From Eledone cirrhosa (lineage: Eukaryota): a stretch of 64,000 nucleotides of DNA. Positions 44,873 through 57,337 of this stretch are shown piece by piece (within the stretch, counting starts at the first letter, position 1; the number at the start of each line of letters is the position of its first letter). The translations under genes were made by a program, and so were the position numbers. The notes beneath the pieces were generated by a model. The model was not told the DNA's origin. It made no database searches and saw only the letters and a list, made by a program, of their open reading frames with translations. The DNA is taken from contig OZ024740.1 in NCBI GenBank assembly GCA_964016885.1, positions 84,568,001 through 84,632,000 on the forward strand. The letters are read 5' to 3'.

Positions 44873-45108
44873 ATTATTATTATTATTATTATTATTATTG
44901 GCGACCTACGTAGTAAATCGTATCATCGTGAGCTCCGCAAAGGTTTGTTATTTCCGTTTGTTAAAAATTGTCATTTATGGAAAATTTTTATTGTTAACTA
45001 TATATAAGCGCACATACATTGTTTTCCGAAAAGGACACCCAAAAAGATTGGGGCCTTGTGCCCAAAATTTAAACTTTTATGATTATCAAAACATTTATTT
45101 GAAAAAAA

Positions 45109-47100
45109 ATGGCTAATTCACCACTGCACCAAGCAGCTGAAAGCCTTTCTCACAAATTAACACCTCACACCGACACCACCATTGTAAATGATTATACGTC
45201 TTCCAACACAAGCAATTTAAGCACTAGCAATATTTTAAATTTGTCTCAGGCAGACATTCATTTCCCGCCATTACCAATGACTGCAGGTGTTAAAGCTGCC
45301 GCCACCACCACCACCGCGACAACCACCACCCCCACCACCACCGCGACAACAGAAACAAAAGGAAAAAATAAATGAACTCGTGATGTCGAAATATTTTCAA
45401 CCAAAATGGACTCTCCCAAACCGACTTTCAATGACGTCACCACCACCACAACTGAAACTAAAATTAATAATAACAAAAATAACGATAGCAACAACAACAA
45501 CAATGACATTAAAAAAACCACCCTGAGTTTTGCCAGAGTAGCAAAACAGTTCGAAGCATTTACGGTAACTCAGGAGGATTTAGAAAATGCCAAACAAATG
45601 GTAAAGAAAGATGGGTACAGGGTCAGCCTTACCCCCCACCCACCCCCACCCCCCACCTAATAAAATGGACCATCGGCGCCTATGCACTGTGTTGTATCGA
45701 ACAATAAATGTAAAATCGCGCCGAGTGGAACGGGCATCCGAGTCCCAAATCCAAAAAGCTTTGGGACATGTGTGGGCAAGAAAAACCCACATCAGACGTG
45801 GGCAGAAGTATGGAACCGTGGACGTGTTCTTTGAAACACCAGAGGAGGCTAGAGAACACTCCATGGCACCATTAAGAAGTGACGACTTCACACTCGTCCC
45901 AAGCTATTGTGGCCAGAGACTCGTAAAGATCAGGGTGACCCACGTTCCACCGGCCATCGAAATTCCTTGGCTAATAGCGGCCGTCCTCGCCGGCATCGAA
46001 GCCAACACAAAGATAATAGCAATAGCAAAAGAAAAGCAGGAGAACTGGTCCGGATCTGGGATGGAGCTCCTGATCCAAGCGGACCAAAAAAGCCTTGAGG
46101 AGATCCCAGAGGTAATAGACCTCACTGACGGCAGCCACCTCACCGTAATTGTCGAGGGCAGAAGGCCTAGGTGTGTCGTTTGTGGTGAAGGAACCCACCT
46201 AAGGGTTTTCTGCCCTCAGGCTAAAAGGTTGAGGCCACCTCTCCTACCCACCCCAGTGACACAACCATCAACACCATCAGTAGCAGAGATGGCAGCAACA
46301 ACTGTAGCAGCAACAACAGAAGCAACTATAACAGCAACAACCCCAGCAACAGTAGCAAAACCAACACCACCACCACCAGCAAAACCAACACCCAACGCGC
46401 CAGAACTAGCACCAGCGCCTACACCATCCACCACGCCACAACCAAAACTAACGCCTGTGGAGGATTTTCCACTCCCCGGCCTATCACAACTGGAGACAGA
46501 TTGTGACGACGAGGAATGGGAAACGGTATCAGGAAAAAAAAAAAGAAACCAAAAAAGAAAAAATTCTCTTCCTTCCCCCTCCAAAAACAAAATACAGAGG
46601 GAAACAAATAAATTAACAAACGAAAAATTAGGACAGATATGCCACCATCCACACCAGCATCACCAACCCCATCAACCCAAACACCAACACCATCACCATC
46701 ATTAACCCCAAGACCACCATCACCTACACCACAAAAGTCACCAAAATGCGAAACAGAAACAAACCCACAACAAACGCAAACAAAACAAAACAACCAAAAC
46801 GATACACACTACACAGCATTAAATTTGAACAACAAGCAATTATTACACTACATCCAACACAACACCAGCATCACAGAAAAAGACTACACAACAACCCCAA
46901 AATTCACACCACCTCCACACATACAAATCACTCGCATCACACAGAAAACGTACATGACACTAAAACAAAAATTCCCCAAAGACATCGTAGACTTCTGACA
47001 AGCACTCTCCAGGAGAATTTATAAGGACATCCTTCCTGAGGAGGCCACAAGCAGTGAAAAGGATGGAAAAACCGTCCTTCCCCTACGAGAAGTAAGGTAA
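45109..47100 (+). pseudogene. Tx1 ORF1 (gag-like, CCHC zinc knuckle, T/N- and P/T-rich linkers), frameshifted
   Basis: ORF pieces 45109-45375, 45406-45660, 45611-46705 and 46639-46998. CVVCGEGTHLRVFC and WETVSGKKKR are present. Confidence 0.8.
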
Positions 47101-47134
47101 GTGGTCTTTCCCATCTTTTCCACTCCTTTTCAAC

Positions 47135-50100
47135 ATGACCTCACTCAGAATAGGCAGCATAAATGCACGTGGCTTGGGGTCGTCATAGAAGCAGGGCCAC
47201 CTGCTCAACGACCTCACGTCACTAAACATAGATGTAGTTGCCATCAGCGAGACCAGAATCTCCGAAGCACGGGCCTTCGCACCGATCTTCGGCGGCTACG
47301 ATGTGAACGCATCTCCCAGCCCTCCGGGATCGGGGGGAGGAGTTGCTGTGCTTTTTCGGAGAGGTTTGGATCTTGCCATACGGGCCATCTTCCTGGACCC
47401 AGAAGGTAAGTTGGAGGTGCTGGGCGTGACCAGCGGAGAAGGGCAAGCGTTCAGGTTAGTGGCCGTCTATGCCCCGACAGGAGCAGGGCGGCCTGATTTC
47501 TTCCGGCGTCTGGAGACCTTACTTGGAACGGCCCGCTCTTTAGTGTTAGTGGGCGACTGGAACGGGATCTTAGATGCACGCTGGGATTGTGTGGGATTAG
47601 TGGATAGGGAAGGAGGGTGCAAGAGTCTCACCAACCTGCTCTGGCGTTTTGAACTGTCTGACAGGTACCGAATGGATTTCCCGAATGTACCAATGTGGAC
47701 TTGGACAAATCGCATAGGGTCATCCAGATCATATCTAGATAGAGTATTTTGTATGGAAATAGATAGGTCTAGCATAGGCTGTCCACAATTCAAGATAGTC
47801 AGCTACACGGACCACAAATTCGTGATCTGTGTGCTTGACTTAGATAGGCTTCATAGACGAGGACCCGGCTACTGGAAGCTAAACGCGTCCTTATAGGCGC
47901 CTAAGTTAAAATCGCTACAAGCGACCGACGTACTTGCGGCGAAATTGGCCCTTGACCAATTCTTCAATGCAAAGCACGAAGGCTGCGTTGTCAGAGCTAA
48001 GGTGTGTGCTCTCAGACACGAGGGGATGAAAGCCGTTCAATGGGCCAGAGTGGCGGAGGCGCGTCGTGGCAATAAAGCCACGTACCGGTCTTTGGTGGAC
48101 CACGACGGGCGCATGCTACTCGATCCCGGGCAAATGTGTGAAGCTTTTCAGCGACACTTCGCTCAACTGTTCGGGGGCAGTGGTGGGCCGGATCGAGGGA
48201 TGGACTTTAGTGTCTACGTCGACGGACTGCCGTGGCTTTCGGCCACTGAGGCGGAGTGTTGCGAAAAGCCGATAACAACCGCTGAAGTACGGGAGGCAAT
48301 GACTGGCTGCACAAGGGGTAAATCGCCTGGTTTAGATGGTCTGCCCTATGAACTTTACGTACAAATGCCAGACTTGTTCGGAGGCCTATTGGCGGACGTC
48401 TACTGCAACTGGCAACAGAACGGGAGAATTCCCAGCTCTGTGAGCCGAGGAGCGGTGGCGCTGCTGAGAAAGGATCCGAACAAGGGGGATAACATAGATA
48501 ATTTTAGGCCCATTACTCTGCTAAACACAGAGTTCAAGATTTTGGCCAAGGTGCTATCAAAGAGGTTGGCGCTTGTCGTTGGTCGTCTGGTGGGAGAGGC
48601 ACAGACATGCGCCATTCCCGACAGATCCATCCACGACGACCTCCACCTCATGCGATACATCGCAGAGAGGGTAGCTAGGGAACCTGGCACGGGTGGGTCT
48701 TTGATCAATTTAGATCAGTCGAAAGCCTTCGATAGGATCGACCATCGTTACCTAGCGGCAGTCCTGAGGGCGGCTGGCTTTGGGCCCGTCTTCAGAGGCT
48801 GGATCGCTGCCATGCACAGCGACATCTGCTCTGTAGTGAGAGTGAACGGTCACCTTTCGGAACCGTTCAACATCATGCGCTCGGTCCGCCAAGGATGTCC
48901 CCTCTCGTCCCTATTGTACGTATTGACTCTCGAGCCATTACTGCACAAACTGGAGACGTTGAGGGGGGTCCCGCGCGAACTAGGATGCGGAAGATCCGTG
49001 TCAGCATATGCCGACGATGTCACCGTAGTGGTGTCGAACGCCAAACACATCGAAGCGATCGACACTACACTAAAAGAATACGAAGCGGTGACAGGAGCAA
49101 TGATCAACCAGGAAAAGTCAGTGGGCCTGCAGCTCGGCACCTGGAAAGGCAGGTCCATGCCGTCCAACAGCGTCGTCGGGCGCTGGACGGACGGACCGGT
49201 TAAATTGCTAGGGGTCTGGTTCGGTCCAGACCTCCAGACGGACAAAAACTGGGACGAGGTGACGAGCAGGGTGGCTTCTCTCACCCAGAAATGGGCCGAG
49301 AGGAAGCTATCCCTGAAAGGTCGAACGGAGGTGGCTAACGCGTACATCGCGTCCGTCATCTACTACCGCCTGACCGTCGTACCTTGGCCTGAGCCCCGCC
49401 TGACTGCGCTGGAGCGTTTGCTCTTTCGCTTCTTGTGGAAGGGACGCGCTCCGATGGTCAGGCGGTCCATCTGCTGTCAACACTCGCTACGTGGAGGGCT
49501 GGGCATGCCGTGGCTGATGATGCGCAGACACGCGCTCAGGCTACGACATCTCCACCTCTTCCTCGACGGTGATCAGGTGTGGTCGCCGTTTGCTAGACAC
49601 GTTTTTCCCCAGCTCGTCTCCTTGACGGAGCTGCAGTCCTGGGTCAAGCGAAGACCGAGAGGGAGCGCTTGGAGACTGGAATGTCTTCAGGCGCTCACAG
49701 TCCTCGAACAATCGGGCAATGTGATTGGTGGAAACTCCACCTTGGCGTTCTATAGGGGATTAGTGGAGGGTAAGAGCGACGACGTACTTGGAGAAACTCT
49801 AGGCGTCGACGAAAATCAACTAGCCAATCTCTTCGGAAGGACTTTCGGGCCGGGGCCTATGGACAACTTCCAGAAATCCCTGGCCTAGCAGTGCTACCGG
49901 GGAGCTTTGCCAGTTCGGGATAAACTCTACAGGCATGGAGGTGCCGTCAGCCGGGCATGTCCGAGATGCGCACAGGGCGACGAAACCGTCCTGCACGCAC
50001 TCGTCCAGTGTCCGAGCATTGCTGACTTGTGGGTTTATGTCGAACACCTGCTGTCACGTGTAGGACGGATCCGGCTATCAGCTGAGTCCATCGTGAGGAT

Positions 50101-50374
50101 TGCTCTTCCCTCTTCCTTTAGCCGGGAAGGGCAGGAAGTTTTTATCTGTCTGGTGGCCATGGCGAAAGAGATAGTATGGTGGACACGTTTGAAAGGGCTG
50201 AAGACGAGCACTTACCTCTTCGGTGATGCCCTGATTAACTTTTTCAAATTTCATTTGAAAAGGAAAATCAGGGTAGAGAGGGAAGTGCTCTCCTCCCAGC
50301 ATTTTGTTGAAAGATGGGTGAGAGAAGCAAGTATGGCCCGAATGAATGGGCCTTCTCTGAGTATGTGTCTGTAA
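47135..50374 (+). pseudogene. Tx1 ORF2 (AP endonuclease, reverse transcriptase, C-terminal zinc finger), with nonsense codons and a deletion
   Basis: SINARGL, GGGVAVL, VYAP, GDWN, YLDR, TDH, NFRPITLLN, DQSKAFD, RQGCPLS, YADD and CPRC...H...C. Confidence 0.9.
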
Positions 50375-50622
50375 ATTAAAGGTGGAAAACTGGGAGAGGG
50401 CACTTGCCCTGGTGGTCAGGGCCACTGTGGTCTTTTAATGGGCTTTCTCCACAAATGTCCCCCGGAAGTCTCCCCCCTATTGGGGAATTTTTCTTTGTTA
50501 TTTTATTTCATCCTCTGTTTTTTTTACACGCAGAAATGCCCATTTGTACCGTCCTGTATTGTCCTGTACTGTCCTTAATGTCTACTTTATGTAAACCCTT
50601 GTGGTTAATAAAGAAAACAAAA

Positions 50623-50668
<46 letters not shown>

Positions 50669-50681
50669 TGTATATGTGTGC

Positions 50682-50725
<44 letters not shown>

Positions 50726-51337
50726 TGCTGATAGAATAACTTCGTGTTGGTTCCTCAACACCATTTTCCTTATCCACGGGTTTAAAATGTGTTGAATATA
50801 TTTGATGGTAAACATTTTAAAATCTCTAGTTGTTTTTCACTTTCTGAAGTTTCATGGTTACATTTAACTAATTGTCTTAATGTTTCCAAGGTAAAATCGC
50901 TACAAGCGAAATGAGAACTTATAATATAAACAATCTTCTTTCAGTTCTAAAATGGCTGGATATGCAATAGAAAATATAAAGTTAGATGTTAAGTTAAATT
51001 ATTCAGAATACGTAAATAAAGCAAGATATTTAATATGGTTGCAGAGTTTCAAATTTTACCAAATCTAATTAAATATATGTAGAGATAATTATTTCTCATT
51101 TCAGCAAGTGAAATACAAATTGTTGTAAGGAAACTATCAAAGTTATGTACAGAAAAAATGAATCCAATTATAAGAAAACAAATAAAATAAAAGTTTTTGA
51201 TAGTTTTCTCTTCTTAATTTTGTATGGCGGTGGAATTATACTTAAATAATAAAATATTTGTATGCTACAGCAAATATTTTGATGTCAAACTACCATGCTA
51301 TCTACAAAGCAGTAGAATATAACTGCATTAGAAATGT

Positions 51338-51657
51338 GGAAGGTGTGTGGCTTAGTGGTTAGAGAGTTAGATTTACACGCGTGAGATCCTTATTTTGATT
51401 CCCGGACTGCGGATGTGCAGTATCCTTAAGCAAGACACTTTATTTCCAGTTCAGTCAGCTCTAGAAATTAGTTGCAATGTCACTGGTACCAAGCTGTACT
51501 GGCCTTTATCTTTCCCTTGATCAACATCAGAGGCGTGGAGAGGAGAGACTGGTATGCATGGGCGACTGCTGGTCTTCCACAAAAACACCTTGGAGAGGGA
51601 ACTTTCTAGGTGCAAAGCCAATGACCATTTGTGACCTAAGGAGGTCTTTACCCTTTT
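51338..51657 (+). mobile_element. tRNA-derived SINE, second family, near full length
   Basis: TGGCTTAGTGGTTAG A box and TCCTTAAGCAAGACACTTTATTTC. The head is homologous to 19503-19622. Confidence 0.72.
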
Positions 51658-54473
51658 AAAAATGTGTCAAATCAAGTTAAACATTGTTGGAATATCAGTA
51701 GCCTTCATGTGAAATGTATTACTTTTCCTAATTTATATGAAACATTCTACTATTTATCTTTATCAAATTTGCAATTATAATTTCTAAAGGTACAAAGTAC
51801 TGGGGTCAGCGATACAGTACCTGACTTAATAGCCTTGGTACTAAATTTGCCTTCAGTTTCATTCTGAGTCGAGAGTTGTTTAGTTTGCATGTAAATAACG
51901 CTTGTGTGGGAAGTGTTAATGCATAGTTAATGTTAGTATAATCTACATATGAATGCGTATTGTAAGAGGGAACAGCTGACTGAACATAGATATATAGAAA
52001 TAAGAATCTGGGTGACATTACTGACTACATGGATCTATGTAAGATACAGTGGTTATCATTTAGTAGGGGGCTTGTTTCAAAGTAATAAAATTAATGTCAT
52101 TTTCTTTTTTATAGCAACTTTTCTTAACTTTGAGACGTTGGGGGTGAAAAACAGATCGAGGTTATTCGGAGTGTCGGTGACTATCAAGTATACCAGTAAG
52201 ATTGAATACTAATTAGTACGAAAACTTGAGCCTAGCAAAGGATTCAGTTGCTGCCCTGTAATAATATGCCAGAGAGAGAAGTTCTGACGTTACTAATGCT
52301 GATAAATTCACTTAATATTGTGGTGAGATACAGATTTTTAACAGAGGAAGGGAGATATCCAGTATAAGGAATGTAAGGCATTGGATCTAATGATTTATGC
52401 CTATCTTCCAATAAATTATCAATTCAGTTTTATCCTGTTACCATCTCTAGTGGGGTTGTTATACAAAAATCAAAACGCCCCCAATTTTCTATGGGTGCTC
52501 TTTTACTGTTTGGAATATATTGAGGATATTAAAGTTCTGGAATGCCTAGTCGGTTCAGGTTTCCCATCTCCTGGGTGATGATTTTCTGACTGGAAATACA
52601 AGAGGCAAAAAGGCTAGAAACGCGGTAGAAGAGAAAATAAGAAAAGATAGAAGAAAACAGATTGATCAGTTGTGTATTGCTCTTCATTGACTTACTTGTG
52701 AATACAACGTCTCTCTCTTTGAATTATATCTTTCCCTGAAACGTCGTTCCTCCTGCGTAGTATCATTTATTCCTGTCTATATTTTAGATTTATTGTTGCG
52801 ATTTCAAACGCCATTTTTCTTCGGTGTCGAGCAGGTTATTTAATCAATATGTAGATAAAGGTGACTTTACATGCTGCAAAAGATTTAATCCAATGCTCCA
52901 CTAATTTTACAGCTCTATTATCTTTCTAAAATGTTGAGGATAATTTCAAGAGAACATTTGTTGCATTTCAAACAATTTAGAAGCCTATGTTTCTTAAAGT
53001 GATCCATAAAAGATCATGTTTCCTGTCTTTATTAATTTTTTCGTCACAGTTGCTAATCATAATTCATCGTTGATGATGAAATAATAATCGTTATGATGTA
53101 AATCCTTATTTTATTCTATATAAACATTTCAATACGAAAGCAATGGTGATTCAACAGAATATTGAATATTAGCTGAGAACCAATAATTTTTGTATTGCCA
53201 TCAGCATTGCATTATGTCGAAGACATTTAATTCTCAAATGATCCAACTACACAAAGTAACTGTAAATAGCTAATATGTACAATGCACAACTAATGGATTA
53301 GTATGCATGTACACATGATGAGAGTTGGCACTGTATGAATTATTTAGAATAACGTAAGAAGGGGATTAGCGAAGCATCTGAGATCGACTGAAGTAAACCT
53401 AAAAAGGCAGAATTCCAGACGATATAAGCTTAAAAGCTTCTTTGATTAACATTTCCCAATTGTTTCTAGATATGCGAGCCACTGAATTTTCCATTCGCAA
53501 GATGTGTTCCACTTTTTGTTTTATTTCTTACAGTTTTTATCTTGGTTTACTGAAATCAAATACCCATTCCGCTACATTATAAAACAAGTCCTGAACAGAT
53601 CTAAAATTTAAAATCTCATATAAATCATCGATAAGGATGAAAATAATATGCTCCAAAGATATAACTACAATGCTGTCACATTATTCAATATCAGCATAAA
53701 ACTTTGCAAGATTATAAGTCTTACACAATGCATGTGCATATTTATATTTTTTTAATGGAGTCAAATGTCTGTAGAGAATCAATTAGAGCTATAAGAAATA
53801 GCATTGCGTATGTGCTTTATTGACGAGGAAATCATATTCTTTGTTTCACTCATTTTTAATATAAATGGAATTGTATTGTTAAATGCATCGTATGATGAAA
53901 ATTCTTAGGGAAATTCCCAAATGCAAGGAACTGTGTTGCAAATATAAAACCTTATGTAATACATTTATGTTTCAATGGCAGAAACAATAGTTTATTTCCT
54001 TTCTATATTTAATATCGAACATCTCTAATGACATGACCTGCTTTACAGATGATTTAGTGAATTTAAGGAAATCATTAAAATTTCATTTTAAAACGCCCAG
54101 CAGTAGTTACATGTTCAATAATTCACCCGCATAAAATTGATTTTAATCTATTCGTTGTTTTATTTGTTCAATAAATAAAACAGCCAATTCTAGAAAACAA
54201 AGCAAAATTACATTTACTTGCAGAACATGCTGTTGATTTTAACGAAAATCACTGTTCTCAACGAAGACTATTCACAAATATTCACTGTTAATATATACAT
54301 ACTGTTGGGTGTACAATGTGTACATGTCTTTTTCTTTAATGTGAATTTGCATCTAACTGTGCGGAAAATTGATCAAGCAAACAAGAGACTAAAATTAAAA
54401 TAATGTCGGTAGATTAATGAGTAATATAAATAGTAAACAAATCATACATAAACCTATATATGTAATATTTACT

Positions 54474-55104
54474 TTCCGTGGGGAAGGAATATAGAGATCT
54501 ACTGAAAATATTTCGTATATCGCCTCGTCTGTAACCAAAAGATCAACTAATATCTTAAAATAATTCTCCTTGCATATTTATAAATATCAATCTGAAATCA
54601 GAATCTCGATTAGCCTAGAAGTAGTTTATAGTTAAAGTCACAGAGAGTTCTCGACTAGTCCATTACTGACAAATTCACTTCAGTCATTTGAATAGAGCAT
54701 GAATAGTAATCAGTATAGTAATCATTTGTACCTAACCTATCAAGGAAAGTTATATGAATTCATTCCATGATAGACAATAAGACGGTAGACTTGGCAGAGT
54801 CATTAGAACGTTTATTTAGGTATCTAAAATAATTTTTCGTGTTCCTTGCCTTTCAAGTGGAAATCCTACCAGGGACACGTTTGCTTTTCATCAATTCGGA
54901 GTCGGTAAATAAAATGATTCTCCAAGAGAACTCTCTGTGACTTTAACTATAAACTACTTCTTGGCTAATCGAGATTCTGATTTCAGATTGATATTTATAA
55001 ATATGCAAGGAGAATTATTTTAAGATATTAATTGACCTTTTGGTTACAGACGAGACGATATACGAAATATTTTCGGTACATCTCTATATTCCTTCCCCAC
55101 GGAA
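54474..55104. repeat. Long inverted repeat (arms about 180 bp, spacer about 270 bp containing an old SINE head); foldback or MITE-like
   Basis: 54474-54652 is the reverse complement of about 54926-55104 with few mismatches. Confidence 0.85.
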
Positions 55105-56012
55105 TTTGTAATAAATTGCCTTTATTTTACAACGTTGTGTATATTTTAAAGCCCTGTAGGCTTACGGAGCTCAAATCCCGCCAAATACCACAGAAACATG
55201 TGGCCTTGCAAGACTGGCGTCCCTATAATTAAGATATCTTTACTATAATGGGGAATCTTAGGAGATCTCCTGTGATATGAAATGCAGACCAAACCTAAAC
55301 AACAACCAATAAGACATTTATAAGGTAATGACTCATTGCTTAGATCCATGAATCATTTTCAATTTCAATATTATTCTTTCTATCCTTTGTTGTGGGCTTA
55401 TCACTTGTTTACATAACTAGTGCTCATGAGTCTAAAACGATATCATAAAACCAATAGACCAAATGCCCAAAGGCATATATAAAATCAATATTCTGTTGCA
55501 GAATAAACTCTTATATTTTTTAAGAGGAAAGGGTGAATAAGAAGTGTATTGTCTAGCATGTACGTCATACATGTAATTCTGTGTTAAATGGAGGTTATAG
55601 TATTTTGCAAGCACACGTCTACTCAGACAAGAGAGCATTTCAAGTAATCAGTTCATTGATATGAAACTCACAGATTTATTCTTCTTTGTCAAACCAGATA
55701 GTAAAACTGAAGATGCTGTAACTACTGCAGAATATACGCATTTCACACTAAGCAGCACATCGCACTTTGTGCCCATGAATTATTTATCAGTCTTGTTTAA
55801 AAAGGAATTTATCTGATAATAATGTTACAAGGAAGATATCTAGTGCTCAAACAAAAATAGAAGCAATAGTTAATTATGTGCTTACACAGTATTCTCTCAA
55901 TACTGCACTGAAGGAAATGAGATAGCGTAATGTGAAATTGTTTGAGGTGACCTAATTGCAATTCAATAAAGCTATTTCCTGTAATTATTCAGTACATTGA
56001 CTAGAATAATAA

Positions 56013-56402
56013 TTGTTTCTACTTTTTGGCACAAGGCCAGCAATTTCCCAGTAATGTACTGGTACTTTATTTTATCGACCTCGTAAGGATGAAAGGCAAA
56101 GTTAACCTCGGCGGGATTCGAACTCAGAATGACAAGGGCCGTAACTCTATGCGTCAAAGCATAGCGTCCGACCCTCTACCGATACTGCCAATTCACCGCC
56201 TTGACTAGAATAATAATTGTTTCTACTTTTGGCACAAGGCCAGCAATTATCACAGTGTATTACTGGTACTTTATTTTATCGACCCCGTAAGGATGAAAGG
56301 CAAAGTTAACCTCGGGGGGATTTGAACTCAGTCAGTAAAGGGACGTAACTGTGCTGCAAAGCATGGCGTCCGACCCTCTACCGATACTGCCAATCCACCG
56401 CC
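56013..56402 (-). mobile_element. Two tandem ATT-tailed SINEs, each bounded by the same 14-bp direct repeat
   Basis: GACTAGAATAATAA occurs at 55999, 56203 and 56408. A and B boxes are present in both copies. Confidence 0.9.
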
Positions 56403-56962
56403 CTCTAGACTAGAATAATAAGGATTTACAATCACAATTTATTGCGTTCAAGAGCAATCCAAATTAGACTGAAGATATAATCACTATTTATATAAAGAAA
56501 ACTCAGAATTAAAATGGTCTCACTGAGAAATGTTTTCATTGACAGATGATGACTGCATCATAATATTGGTGGAGGCTGACGTAAGGGATGATAGAAGTAT
56601 TTCTTTGTAAATATGAGGAAAATGTTTCAAAGGAGATCATTAAATGAACTAAGTTGACCAGTGCATATTCTAATCAATATGTGTTCATCATGCTGCGGAA
56701 TAAATGGATATTGTTATTGGAAAGATTGTCTGTAAACTTTATCAATAGTTTCACATGTATGCAGTTAAACAGAGCAGCTTAAGAAGCATTGGGATTTTGT
56801 TTGAGTTGATTCCTGGAAGAGTTTCTCACCTATTAAATCCCAGTATTTGTTTCATTATTTAAAAAGAATTCTTCTTTCTATCACAAAACCAACAACACGG
56901 TGTAACTAGAAAAAGTAATTGAGAATAAAATTAGTGAAGTTATCTGTCACATGCACTCACTA

Positions 56963-57053
56963 AGGCGATGAATTATCAGAGTCGTTAGAACGTCGGATAG
57001 AATGTTTTGCGGTATTCGTTCCGGCTATCTGAGTTCAAATCCCACCGAGATCA
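56963..57053 (+). mobile_element. Old tRNA-derived SINE head fragment
   Basis: GGCGATGAATTATCAGAGTCGTTAG...CTGAGTTCAAATCCCACCGAG. Confidence 0.55.
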
Positions 57054-57273
57054 AGAATTTACTACATGATAATTCTTGTCAGCTGTACTCTACTGACACA
57101 ACGCAGTAATATCAATTCTCAAACACAATGGGGAATAAGACTGTAGCTAAATGAATAACCATATTTAGCCCTAAGTAATATCTTCAAAAGAAGAGCCGTT
57201 CCATGTAGGGAGGTGTTGACCCTATAAACATACTGACCACTGACTCAACTGTAATAAAACTATTAAATCCTAC

Positions 57274-57337
57274 TATAGAATTCCAGTAATATTTAAGAGC
57301 TGTTTAATCAGCTCTTAAATATTACTGGAATTCTATA
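57274..57337. repeat. Perfect inverted repeat, 29-bp arms and 6-nt spacer
   Basis: TATAGAATTCCAGTAATATTTAAGAGCTG tttaat CAGCTCTTAAATATTACTGGAATTCTATA. Confidence 0.95.

Larger units (their letters stand above)
44900..50623 (+). mobile_element. Tx1 subfamily B, best-preserved full-length copy
   Basis: 5' end (ATT)n|GGCGACC, ORF1, ORF2, a 3' UTR with AATAAA, and an (ATT)n tail at 50624-50668. Confidence 0.93.
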
